A stretch of DNA of 45,693 nucleotides from Octopus sinensis (GCF_006345805.1 NW_021824701.1:1-45693); one strand, 5' to 3'; shown: positions 10,225 to 22,423, counted from the first letter of the stretch. Notes: generated by a model from the letters alone, not told the origin. Numbers and translations are program-made.

Positions 10225-10620
10225 TTACCCTCCAGCCCTGTAAGGCAATCCAGCTGGGAGAATGTCACTCCAATGTAAAATCTGCAAGCTGCTGGTCACC
10301 ACAGCCTTCTTAGCCCACTGAGCCACTGTTGTCAGACGACCTCCTAGTCTAAAGAGTGGGGTTGGATTGCTCAGACTGACACTCACTTTAAAACTATTAA
10401 GCGTAGGCGGGAAGAAAATACCCGCAGCGCCCGCGACCGGCTTAGATAACCACTGGAGTACGTGCCGTTGCTCCTCATAATCTTCGGGCACGAATAAACT
10501 TTTATCATCATCCTGTTTGCACAAATATATGTGTGAAATATGTTTGTATGGGTGAATGGATGTAGATATGCATGAATATCTACGTATATTTGTTTTATGA
10601 ACGTATAATGTATACCTATA

Positions 10621-11032
10621 GGCGTAGTAGTGGCTGTGTGATAAGTAGCTTGCTTACCAACCACATGGTTACGGGTTCAGTCCCACTGCGTGGCACCTTG
10701 GGCAAGTGTCTTCTACTATAGCCTCGGGCCAACCAAAGCCTTGTGAGTGGATTTGGCAGAAGGAAACTGAAAGAAGCCTCGCGTATGTATGTATATGTAT
10801 ATATACATGTGTGTGTTTGTGTGTCTGTGTTTCTTCCCCCATCCCAACATCACTTGACAACCGATGCTGGTGTGTATTTACATCCCAGTAACTTAGCGGT
10901 TCGGCAAAAAAGACCGATAGAATAAGTACTAGGCTGACAAAGAATAAGTCCCGGGGTCGATTTGTTCGACTAAAGGCTGTGCTCCAGCATGGCCGCAGTC
11001 AAATAACTGAAGCAAGTAAAAGAGTAAAGAGT
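10621..11032 (+). mobile_element. SINE family A, full length (tRNA head, CORE-like ccttgggcaag domain, internal microsatellite, stem-loop tail, AAAGAGT end repeats)
   Basis: A-box-like tggctgtgtgat and B-box-like gggttcagtccc, then caccttgggcaagtgtctt, and tail gctccagcatggccgcagtcaaataactgaagcaagtaaaagagt. tRNA-derived octopus SINEs (OK/OR1/OR2) are established; the exact family match was not verified. Confidence 0.9.
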
Positions 11033-11406
11033 GCCTCTATGTATGCAAGCATGAATGTATATCGATGTACGCGTGCATATCGCATACAAGCATGTCTATG
11101 TATCTATGAGCTTTGTATGTATTCATGCATGCAGTGTGCAACAAGTCTAAACCGGAACTGCAAGCAAACAAGCACGCGAACATCGTCCCAGACATACAAC
11201 CAATAATTTCTGTAGAAAAAAATTAGTTTTGTCCGCCATCTTTGCTTTAAGACATCGTAAATCATTGATTGACATTATGAGTGACGTCAAAACGTATGGT
11301 CGAAAACAGTCCGGAGTTAGACTAAATATTGAATAATGAGACTGAAAGATGAAGTAATAATCACGCATGTATGTATGCATATAGGGATGTATGTGTGCAT
11401 GGTGTA

Positions 11407-11812
11407 TACTCTTTACTCTTTTACTTGTTTCAGTCATTTGACTGCGGCCATGCTGGAGCACCGCCTTTAATCGAGCAACTCGACCCCGGGACTTATTCTT
11501 TTTGTAAGCCCAGTACTTATTCTATCGGTCTGTTTTGCCGAACCGCTAAGTAACGGGGACATAAACACACCAGCATCGGTTGTCAAGCAATGCTATGGGG
11601 CAAACACACTCACACAAACACACACACGCATATATATATATATATACATATATACGACGGGCTTCTTTCAGTTTCCGTCTACCAAATCCACTCACAAGGT
11701 TTTGGTCGGCCCGAGGTTATAGTAGAAGACACTCGCCCAAGGTGCCACGCAGTGGGACTGAACCCGGAGCCATGTGGTTGGTAAACAAGCTACTTACCAC
11801 ACAGCCACTCCT
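11407..11812 (-). mobile_element. SINE family A, full length
   Basis: Reverse-complement homologue of 10621-11032. The two copies lie tail-to-tail about 375 bp apart. Confidence 0.9.
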
Positions 11813-11904
11813 GGAAACATTACACATATATTCATCATACGTACTTAATGCTGTTCAGTGTATAACACTCAAATTTGTTTCATTATTTTAAGGATTTCGA
11901 TAGC

Positions 11905-11959
11905 ATTTTGGATTTTCTCCGTATTTTGGATTTTCTCCGCATTTTGGATTTTTCTCCGT
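11905..11959. repeat. Minisatellite, 3 x 18-19 bp attttggattttctccgY
   Basis: Direct reading: units start at 11905, 11923 and 11941. Confidence 0.9.
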
Positions 11960-12655
11960 ATTTAAGCTTGTTTAAGCCGTCTAATTTTAGAATAAAAATT
12001 ATAGCGGATTCATGCGATTCTATTTTAGGTGTCAATAACTCTTAGCAAGATCATATATTGCCACTAGTATATGCATATAATACATACATACACATGAATA
12101 ATTATGTAACCACATGTGAATCGTTGGCGATTTTCTTCCTCCGTCTTCCTTTGTATTGGACTTTCCTCTGTTTCTGAGCATCTGCTCAAAACCATCTTTC
12201 TTTCCTTCCCTGGGAGTTTGCTAATACTTTACATGTACCACGGCCGAGTGCTGTTGTTGTTTTTGTGCTTGTTCTTTGGGGGAGATTTACTATATATTAT
12301 ATATATGTATTTATTTATATATACTTATACATATATATATATAGAGAGAGAGAGAAAAGGGGAAGAAAATGGGAAAGTGAAGTACTGGTCAAATTTACTC
12401 GTTTCTTAAGTAAATGTTCCATTGTTATTCATAAACTTACTTTAAAATAAGAACCATATTTTAACATATCATACATGCATATATATATACATATATACAC
12501 ACATGCATACACATCTTTATATATATATTCAGATATATTATACATACCCATGCATAATAAACACACTTATGTAAACACACACTTATGTATGTGTATACAT
12601 ATATATATTTAGCTTGCTTGTGTGTGTGTGCGTGTGTGTGTGTGTGTGTGTGTGA

Positions 12656-12725
<70 letters not shown>

Positions 12726-13728
12726 CGTGCACGCGTGTATCTACTTCTCTTAACTTCGTTTTTGTTTGCTGTTGACATCACAGCTGACAACCTTGGTATA
12801 ATACTTTCCATGTGAAATCAACTGTAAACGTGACTGGTATATATGCGCTACGCTTCAGCTGTCGTTTGCCCTTCGTTGCGTATTCAGACGTGTGGACAAA
12901 GGACAATCAATAACAAACAGGTAGACGTGACACCTGATGCTTTATAGTAACAAGCACCCTTATATACCTTGTCTGCGGTATCCTTCCCTTCATAGTTTTA
13001 TAATAACTATAAACTGGGAGTAGTGGCTTTTTTCTTTTATTGTTTCGTGTGTTTATGGGAGTCTGTGTGTGAAACTGAGGCCGTATGAAAGTGATGGGGA
13101 GACAGACCGAGACACAGGGAGGGAAAGAGAGAAAGCGGGAGGAAGAGTGAGAGGGAGAGGATGGTTTTAATTGAATATATGTTTATGTATTTTTGCATAT
13201 GTGTATTCATATACACACGCGTACGTCTGGGTCTATGTATGTGAATGTGTGTGCGTGAAAGAGGGAGACAGAGAGACAAACAAACAGACAGACCGTCCAG
13301 AAAAAGACAGAAAGATCTTTTGTGAAGTGTGCGCCTCTTTATGTACAAATATATATATATACATATATACTCACACATATGTATGTATGTCTTTATATGT
13401 GCGTGCGCCAGCATATGCTAATATAATTGCAAGCGTGTGCCTTTTTATGTCTTTATTCTTAAGAGCAAAATGAAAGTTCTTAGAAAACGTTGTAATCTCT
13501 CATATTTAATTCAGAAGTCGAAAAACAACACAAAAGCAACTAATAATAATTTAGTTTACTAGCTGAATTAATAAGTCCTACGTCGGTTGCGACGATGACT
13601 GATTTCATTATTCGAATAGCATTATGCCTTGTTATTTGAATTAGCATATAAGTGACAAATTCATTCGAAAGTACATGCGTTTTCTCAGCGTAATTCACTG
13701 GCGGAGCATACGTAACAATTTGTGTGTG

Positions 13729-13765
<37 letters not shown>

Positions 13766-13783
13766 GTGTGTGTGTCTGTGTCT

Positions 13784-13825
<42 letters not shown>

Positions 13826-13977
13826 GGCATAGCTGAGTGTTTCAATTACAAGTATAATTTAAGGTATACGGAAACGTTAAGCTTGGTCTTTAAGCCAGCA
13901 GACAAATTCAGGCGACAGGCGGAGATGATGCGTCATGCGCCCACACACTGGTTGATGATTTAATATATAGGGCGACA

Positions 13978-14424
13978 AGGGTGGTGAGCTGGCAGAAACG
14001 TTAGCACACCGGGCGAAATGCTTAGCGGTATTTCGTCTGCCGCTACGTTCTGAGTTCAAATTCCGCCGACGTCGACTTTATCTTTCATCCTTTCGGGGTC
14101 GATAAAATAAGTACCAGTTACGCCCTGGAGTCAATGTAATCGACTTAATCCGTTTGTCTGATCTTGTTTGTCCCCTCTGTGTTTAGCCCCTTGTGGGCAG
14201 TAAAGAAATAAAAAAGGTTAGCAAGCTGGGCGAAATGCTTAGCGGTATTTCGTCTGCCGTTACGTTCTGAGTTCAAATTCCACCGAGGTCGACTTTGCCT
14301 TTCATCCTCTCGGGGTCGATTAAATAAGTACCAGTTATGCACTGGATTCGATATAATCGACTTAATTTCTTTTGTCTGTCCTTGTTTGTCCCCTCTATGT
14401 TTAACCTCCTGTGGGCAATAAAGA
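13978..14424 (+). mobile_element. Dimeric SINE family B (tail ii) with 16-bp TSD
   Basis: Two units (13978 to about 14210, and about 14215-14424) flanked by aatatatagggcgaca at 13962-13977 and 14425-14440. Confidence 0.9.
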
Positions 14425-14574
14425 AATATATAGGGCGACAGGATACAAGAATTAGTATGATTGTGTGTCTGTGTGTGTGTACGCGTGTGTGTGTGTGAAG
14501 CAGCGGTGGAGCGACAAACACAGACACAAAGACACACACAAACACACACATATACGCGTGTGACAGGCCTCATT

Positions 14575-14705
14575 CAACCTCCCTCTACCAAATCCACTCA
14601 CAAGGATTTACCTGACTCGAGCCTACAGTAGAACACAGTGGGACTGAACCCGGAACCTTGTGGTTGAGAAGCAAGCTTCTAACCACACAGCCAATCCAGC
14701 GCCTA
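14575..14705 (-). mobile_element. SINE family A, 5' fragment, internally deleted
   Basis: ctaccaaatccactcacaagg...gtgggactgaacccggaacc...accacacagcca. Confidence 0.75.
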
Positions 14706-14976
14706 TTTCATATACAAATACACACACCCACACGCATATAACTCATAATTCGTTCGACCAGTTTGAATAACATCGCCAACTTCAATTTGCAACATAACAT
14801 TTTACATTCCCTGCAAGCATGGCGGTACCCTATGCAGGGCAGTGCAATCTCCTAAATCACTTTGTTAAGGTCAAAATGACAGCTTTGACGCCTGCCTGAA
14901 GCTTTCAGCACCTTTGTAACATCACGTTTATAGAAACCTTCTTTCACCCTTTTCATCTTTATCGTTCTCTTTTTCA

Positions 14977-14982
<6 letters not shown>

Positions 14983-15040
<58 letters not shown>

Positions 15041-15514
15041 TTAACATTCTCTTTTCATCTTCTTTTTAAACACCCTTCTTTTTTCTTTCTTTCCTTCTTT
15101 CCTTCCTTCTTTCTTTCTTGCTTGCTTTCTTCTTTTCTTCCCTGCTTGCTTCCTTTCATTCTATCGTTTTTCTTTCCTTCCTTTTTCTCGTTCTCTAATT
15201 TCTTTTCTACCACTAACTTCACGCTTAGTTTTTTCTCTCTCACCTCTTTTTCCTTCTTCTTCTTTGCCCTTTTCTTTGTCTTCTTCTCTTTGCCTTCCAC
15301 TTATCTTTGCCTTCTTTTCTTCTTTGGCTTCTTTCTTCTCTGCTTCTTCTTCTTCTTCTTTGCCTTCTTTCTTCTTGCATTCTTCTTCTTCTTCTTCTTC
15401 TTCTTCTTCTTCTTCTCCCCTTCTTTTCTTCTTCTTCTTTGCCTTTTCTTCTTCTTCTTCTCTTCTCTTCTTCTTTTCTTATTTTCTCCGCCTTCTTCTT
15501 CTTCTTCTCTTTGC

Positions 15515-15560
<46 letters not shown>

Positions 15561-15620
15561 TTCTTCTTCTTCTTCTTCTTCTACTTCTTCCTCCTCCTCC
15601 TCTTCTTTGCCTTCTTTACC
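14983..15620. repeat. Long polypyrimidine tract: (CT)n followed by degenerate (CTT)n
   Basis: Direct reading. It generates the spurious poly-F/L/S/E ORFs in the track. Confidence 0.95.
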
Positions 15621-16024
15621 TTCTTTATACTGTTTCGACGTCGAGCTGGTTGCATCATTTATGCGCCAGACGAAATACTTTGCCGCCATTTATTCCAGCA
15701 CTTTTATGTTCTAACTTCAAAAGCCGCCGGGGTCGACTTTGCCTTTCAAAGTCAAAGAAGGGCTGAAGCAGTTTGGCATCAGAGCCGCCGTCGCAGACAC
15801 AGCATTTAGAAGACACTAACAATTCCGCCACTTTGCTATCTTCCATTTGTACTTTACTTATCGACATCTATAGGATGGCTGCTGGCAAAGTTGACCTCGG
15901 CCGGAAGCAAACTCAAAGCACAGAAAACCGGAAGAAATAACGCATCTCCTTTTATCCGGCGCTCTCGTGATTTTATCAATTTACCGTTTTAGCACTCTAC
16001 AATCTTTTCTCTTTTTTTTTTGCC

Positions 16025-16220
16025 TTTTATCTTCCTACTTGTTTCAGTTATTAGAACGCGGTCATACTGGAGCACTACCTTGATGGGGTTTAGTTGAACA
16101 AATCGACCCTAGTACTTATTGTTTTTTTTTTTAAGTTTGGTACTTGATCTGTTGGTTTCTTTTGCCGAACCGCTAAGTTGCGAGAATGTAAGCGAATCAA
16201 CACCGGTTGTCAAATGGTAG
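16025..16220 (-). mobile_element. SINE family A, 3' fragment
   Basis: ctacttgtttcagttattagaacgcggtcatactggagcact...tttgccgaaccgctaag...accggttgtcaa. Confidence 0.7.
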
Positions 16221-17759
16221 TGAGATAACAAACAACATAAACTACAGAAGAATTTAACTAAAAAAATTTTTAAATGCAGCTTTGGTCTATTTAAACGATT
16301 GATTAAATGTTAGAAAATAGATTGTACCGGAGAGTGCAGAGAGACGTTATTGGTGAGGTGAGACAGAAAGAGACAGACATACAGGCAAACAGACATACCG
16401 GCAGACAGACAGGAGTGGTTTGATTAAATTTAACCAATAACCTAAATAGTTAATTTATCCAATGCAGCTGCTGATATAATTTTTTTTGTAATCTAAGATC
16501 ACAAGAAGGTGACGTATGAATTATAAAAGAGAACTAGAAAGTTTGGGGATATATAACTAATTAATTAACGTAATTACTTATTTCAATCAACACCGGATGT
16601 CAATATACCCTACTCACTAGCTAACAGACTGATTAAGGGTAAGGTTTTATAATTAATAAACCAACACATATGCGCCTAATACTTTCAATAGACTAAAATA
16701 AATCTGACTCTAAAAAAAAAACCTATCAGAATTAAATTACTGTTCTTGCTTATATATTCAACTTAATACAAATATATTGCTGTGTGAAGTTTGCCTTTGG
16801 GAAGATATGAATTAGCCGCGACCATCCTTTTTTTTCTGTTTTGTTGGAGTTTTTAGGAGTATGTAGGGTATTTGCATGTACTAGGAGTCATTTTCCAGGA
16901 TGGAAGAAAAATTATAAATGGCTAATTGTAAGAGCTGAAACTTTCTCTGTTGATAGCATTTTGCGTTTAAAAAATATTAATATATACACATATATACCTC
17001 TGGCTACTCTTTGAAATCAGAAAGATAGAGCTACAAAAAGCCTTATTGTGTTGGATATTGGTGCATTTCGAAAGACATAGACTTCGTAAGTTAATGAGGA
17101 TAACAAATCAAGTATTTGCATTCAGTTTCTGCCGTTAGGTTCTTGAAATTTTTCTGCCAATATTTTCCTCGCTCCATCTCGGTTTTGAGTTTCTTTTGTG
17201 CATTCTAATGTTCTCATACAAGGCTCTACTCAATATTATTGAACCAGTCTCTCCTTGGTCACCTACTTCTATTACATTCTGTTTTTCTAAATATGATTAT
17301 ATTTGCAAATAACTGCATTTTTCTTCGTCTTGCTGTTTCGTCAAGTTTTTCTCTCTTCCCAACAAATACATTTAGTTACTCTAAGACAGTATAACTGTTT
17401 CAATAGTCCCTTCCCATTATGTCAAAAGTTCTAAGAAAACATCTCATCTGAAAAGCTAACGATTTCATATCTATGTTCTTTGACTCGACGCACATCTCAC
17501 ATCCATTCAATAAATTGCACTTATCGTTATCATAGATCGTATCAGATATGGATGTAGGCAGATACAATTTTAGATTTAGTGAAACTACTAACGGGTCACA
17601 GTCGACCTAAAGCTAAACAACATGTATGTGTGTGCGAGTGTGTGTGTGTGTATGTATGTATGCATATATGTATACATGCATATATGTATATTCTTTTATT
17701 GTGTCACTTTGAAGCCACCTGGTTTCGGATTCAGTCTCATTCCTCGGCATTTTGGTCAA

Positions 17760-18075
17760 GTGGATGAAAGGCGAAATTTGATATCAAAGCGTAAAGACGG
17801 AAGAAATACTGCAAAGCATTTTGCCCGGCATGCAAACGATTCTGCCAGCTCTCCTCTTTCTCGTGACCTTAGAATATTGATTTCACAATTTGGCACAAGC
17901 CTAGCAATTTCAGGGAAGGAGTTAAGTCAATTACATCGACATCAGTATTCAACTGGTATCGACACAGAAAGGATAAAAGGCAAAGTCGACTCGGCAGGAT
18001 TTCGACTCAGAATAAAGATGGACGAAATGCCGTGACGCATTTTGCCCGGCGTCTTAACGATTCTGCCAGCTCTCC
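17760..18075 (-). mobile_element. Two adjacent SINE family B copies
   Basis: Heads end near 17850 and 18072 (ttctgccagctctcc). Body ggcaaagtcgac...; tail tttggcacaagcc. Confidence 0.7.
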
Positions 18076-18506
18076 GTTCTACGGAAACATTCGAATATTA
18101 CAATCGATCTCTGCGGAATTGGAACTGGGTGTGCAAAATTAGGTTACTCAGTACTACAAAAACATATACATCGTTTTGTGACCGTTTCTATATCTGCCCC
18201 TATCCTCTCATCTTCAAAATACATGATGAAAAGTAAAGAAAAAATATCGTCGATAAATCAATTAATTAATTACTATATGAGAACTAGCTATGATAATAAG
18301 ACATCCACAATAAAGGAATGAAAGAATTAAAGGAATGAAAGAATAAAAAAAGATCTTATGTCTTATCCACCAATTAGGGTCATTGTAGATAAATACTACT
18401 GTAGAAGATATGTATGTGTTTGTGAGTGTAAATATATGAATGTGCATATATGTATGTGTAAATACATACATACATACATACATACATACATACATACATA
18501 CATACA

Positions 18507-18927
18507 TACTCTTTACTCTCTTTACTCTTTTACTTGTTTCAGTCATTTGACTGCGGCCATGCTGGAGCACCGCCTTTAGTCGAGCAAATCGACCCCCAAG
18601 ACTTATTCTTTGTAAGCCTAGTACTTATCATATCGGTCTCTTTTGCCTAATCGCTACGTTACGGGGAAGCAAACACACCAGCATCGGTTGTCAAGCGATG
18701 TTGGGGGGACAAACACAGACACACAAACATATACACACATATACACACATACATATATATATACGACGGGTTTCTTTCAGTTCCCGTCTACCAAATCCAC
18801 TCACAAGGCTTTGGTTGGCCCAAGGCTATAGTAGAAGACACTTGTCCAAGGTGCAAAGCAGTGGGAATGAACCCGGAACCATGTGGTTGGTAAGCAAGCT
18901 ACTTAGCACACAGCAACTCCTGCACCT
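18507..18927 (-). mobile_element. SINE family A, full length
   Basis: Collinear with 11407-11812. Confidence 0.9.
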
Positions 18928-18984
18928 ATACATACATACATACATTCATGCATACATACATACATACATACATACATACATACA

Positions 18985-19016
<32 letters not shown>

Positions 19017-19027
19017 CACACACACAC

Positions 19028-19165
19028 ACAAGGGGGGCTGTAAAATTCCTGGCTTCAAGGCTATCGCTAAAGGCCTGGTTCTGTGTTCTGTAGGACTTAG
19101 AAAACTGAAAAAGCACGGCAATAAGGGTTTGAATCTGAGAGGGAAATATGTAGAATAAAGTCATA
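19028..19165 (+). mobile_element. Mariner-derived miniature fragment
   Basis: TIR-like aggggggctgtaaaattcctggctt is followed closely by 19093-19158, encoding GLRKLKKHGNKGLNLRGKYVE*, which matches the mariner C-terminus GL.KL..RW.KC..L.G.YVE*. No right TIR recognised. Confidence 0.55.
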
Positions 19166-19954
19166 ATTAATTGATCCTTGGGTGTTTTCTTTTACCCTGC
19201 GCTCAACACATTTAGTAGGATTTACGCCTACGGTAATCTGAGTCTGAACGAGTCACGTTTCTGTTAGAGGCCTGCGAAACTTTAAGTCTCAGGGAGCCGA
19301 ATCAAACAGTTTTAAATAATACATAGACATACAGACACACACACACAACACTCATACATACACGCACACATACATACACACATACATACATGCATGAATA
19401 CAAACTCACACATATTCATGTGTACGCATTCCCGCTCTCACATACACATATAAAATTTCACACACACACACACACGTACATACACACGCATACACATACA
19501 CTGACAAACACACGTTTACCTTACTATATTCCATTAAATCTTAACAAGGTGACGAGACTTCCGACAGTGTTACATCTTAGTTTATATCTGCATCCTATCT
19601 CTATCTACACCGACAAAAACTGCACAAATTAGTAGAAAATTCTTCGCTTTATCAACTGCAGGAAATTGTACAGATAACGTTTTGTTTCACTAATATTGGT
19701 GCATCAGTAAGTTTGGAGAACAGATGGGACTTTATTTCGGTTTGGTTCTAATGCAGTAAATAGTTTGACCCGACAACTCACTTTCCGGCACTTTCTCTTT
19801 CGCCCGTATCTTTCACTCTGCCTCACTCGCTCACTCTCTCTCACTCTCTCTCTCTCTCTCTCACACACTCACACACCATTCTACCTATCTCTCCCCACCT
19901 CTTTCTCACTGTTTTTTTCTAATGCTATCTCTGCTTCCTTATATATATATATAT

Positions 19955-20037
<83 letters not shown>
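19955..20037. repeat. (GATA)n microsatellite; similar tracts near 31758, 36520, 38500 (TCTA) and 40262
   Basis: Direct reading. Confidence 0.95.
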
Positions 20038-20038
<1 letters not shown>

Positions 20039-20224
20039 TGTATATGTATGTATGTGTTGTATATATATAACATATGTATGTGTGTGTGTAATATATATAT
20101 ATGTGTTTGTGTGTGTGTGTGTGAGTGTATGAAGTAAAGCTAGCGAAACACGCCCAAGAGACCGAAACAGATCTGAATATAAATATACATATATAATATA
20201 TATTATATATATAATATATATATA

Positions 20225-20271
<47 letters not shown>

Positions 20272-20329
20272 TTGTATATAAATTTGTGTATTTCCTTGCG
20301 TAGCGAAACTGTGTAGCTATATATGTGTG

Positions 20330-20375
<46 letters not shown>

Positions 20376-21188
20376 TTGCGCATTTCCTTGTGTTACTAAA
20401 TTCTGCATACTTTTCAGAGAGTATCACAAACACATGTGTACTCACGATTCTATATACACCTATATCGTATATACAGACATACATACATACATACATACGT
20501 AGTCGCCTCTTTTATCTTGCATTCTCTCTGGCTGCATTCATAATCTTCGTAAGCCATTGCAGATTGGTAATTGTGATGAGAGAGCATTCGTAGCTCTTTC
20601 CCATGCAGAGAAGAACTGGAGAAAGTGGGAATTTCTGCAGCTTGAAACAGGGGAGATTAGGAAAGGGTCTTAGTAAAGGATTTATTAGCTGATACATAAT
20701 GAATAACGGGACTGGGGTTATTTTATGCAGGATGGGGGTTAAGGGAAGCAGAAGATGTTGTAGTAGTGTAGCAGAACAGAGAGCAAAACTAAAACAACTG
20801 TGAGATTGTGAACTAGCAATGGCTTTGTATATATTTCACCGTGCACACACACACACACAAACACACACACAAACACACCCACACACACACAAACACACAC
20901 ACATATGTCGCAAGGTTCATAGACAATAGGTAGACCCAAGCAGTTGTGTGGTATCCAAGAAATCGGAAATGTCCACTCGGAGGACCTCTAGAGTGATGAA
21001 ACGACGATTTAATTAAACGATTTCAGTCTTGACCGAAAAGGAAAGAGCGGTCAAGAAAGAATTAGAAGGACACTGCGACCAGTAGTGTATGCCAACATCC
21101 GATATTTTAGTATATGCGGGTGAAACAAGTATACATACGTACATATATGTGCTTGTGTGAGTGTATGAAATATAATATGATATATATA

Positions 21189-21428
21189 GGATCGCGGGTT
21201 CGAATCTCAGACCGGGTGATGTGTGTGTTTATGAGTGAAACACCTAAGCTCCACGCGGCTCCGGCAGAAGGTAATGGCGAACTTCGCCACAACTTTCTCT
21301 CACTTTTTCCTCCTGCATCTATCAGCTCACCTGCGACGGACTGGCGTCCCGTCCAGGTGGGGAATCTATACGCCAAGGAAACCGGGAAACCGGCCCTTAT
21401 GAGCCAGGCGTGGCACGAGAAGGAACAA
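21189..21428 (+). mobile_element. SINE family C with V-domain-like segment, 5' truncated
   Basis: B-box ggttcgaatctc, body as in 42594 onward, and ctgcgacggactggcgtcccgtccagg. The last segment resembles the V-SINE core gatggactggcg.cc.gtccagg as recalled. Confidence 0.75.
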
Positions 21429-21482
21429 ACATAAATGTGGTGTGTGTGTTGTGTATGTGTGTGCGCGTGGGTGGAGGTGTAG

Positions 21483-21685
21483 GTAGAGGCGTCGAGCTGG
21501 CAGAATGGTGAGAGGGTGGACAAATTGCTTAGCAGCATTTCTTCTGATAATTTAGGTCCTGGGTGCTAGGGTCCACTTACTAACGTGGTCGATAAAATAA
21601 AGTAGTAGTCAAAAACTGCTCGATGTAATCGATTTACCTCCCACACTTAAAATCGTTAACCTTGTGACAAAAGTAGTAAAAAGTA
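21483..21685 (+). mobile_element. SINE family B, degenerate
   Basis: gcgtcgagctggcagaatgg head, gtcgataaaataaagtag...gatgtaatcgat module, and ccttgtgacaaaa tail. Confidence 0.65.
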
Positions 21686-21873
21686 TTCATTTAGGGATCT
21701 ATAATAATAAACGCGGAATTCTGTCTGTCTGTGTCTGTCCGAGACCTCGGCATCTGAGTCTATATCTGCTCTACATAGACATTATGCTATTTCAGGATGA
21801 TCCCGAAATTGTGGTTGAGAAGGATGCTTCTTACCACACGTATGTATGCCTGTATGTGTATATTATTATTATT

Positions 21874-22422
21874 GAGTGAGAGAGCAGTTCATGCCATCAA
21901 AGTGACACTGGGGTAAAATATACGAAGCCCAATATACCCATCATGACTACCCGTCTGATAAGGGTACACCAGGCACATGCATCACAACCATATGTGCGCG
22001 ACATGGTGATATCATATCAAGATAAACAGCACATGACCTTGCAGGTGGGGCCCAGTTAGAATTTTCTTCAGGTTGAGTAGTCCATCCCGCTCAAAAGGTC
22101 CCTGAATAAGGGTTGTTTAAGAATGTTGAAAGAACCACCCATGTTTTCCAGAGGTGAATTATTCAAACCCCAAAGAATCCCTCTCAACACATGGCTATGA
22201 TGCTCCCCACTACTTCTGCTCGTGATCAGAGATGCACATATCGTCAGCCACTAAGGGACATGCTCTACTGTTAAGGTCAAACAACTGACAAGCAAATCTG
22301 TGGTATTGAGCAGAATATTTGCTGTAGCCCTCTTTTATACCAAGACAAACATGTACATGATAACACTTCCAATCAGTTAAGATCACAAGCCATGAGAGCC
22401 ACTGTCCGGTACTGATCAGGGC
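21874..22422. mobile_element. 549-bp non-coding element bounded on both sides by (ATT)n
   Basis: Complex, GC-richer sequence with sharp edges: tattattattatt|gagtgagagagc ... gatcagggc|attattatt. Single copy in this window; mobile status is inferred. Confidence 0.5.
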
Positions 22423-22423
22423 A

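Noticed and set aside
10621-10690. tRNA genes at SINE heads (also 7830-7900, 42594-42660, 45266-45335)
   Set aside because: A/B-box-like motifs are present, but I could not fold a complete cloverleaf, and each runs into a repeated SINE body.
15122-15809. Long ORFs of 135-214 aa
   Set aside because: They are stop-free only because of the (CTT)n tract, and open in several frames at once.
17000-17500. Possible old coding remnant on the minus strand (similar impression at 2000-2340)
   Set aside because: Multiple stops in the frames examined and no motif I could assign.
20609-20692. Possible exon after ctctttcccatgcag (RRTGESGNF...)
   Set aside because: No convincing donor before the stop codons. 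The RRTG match to vertebrate MKX is too short to count.
22360-22422. HDV-like ribozyme at the end of the ATT-flanked element (minus strand)
   Set aside because: ATCAGT/ACTGAT pairing and a CTTA joiner are visible, but I could not build P1, P3 or P1.1.
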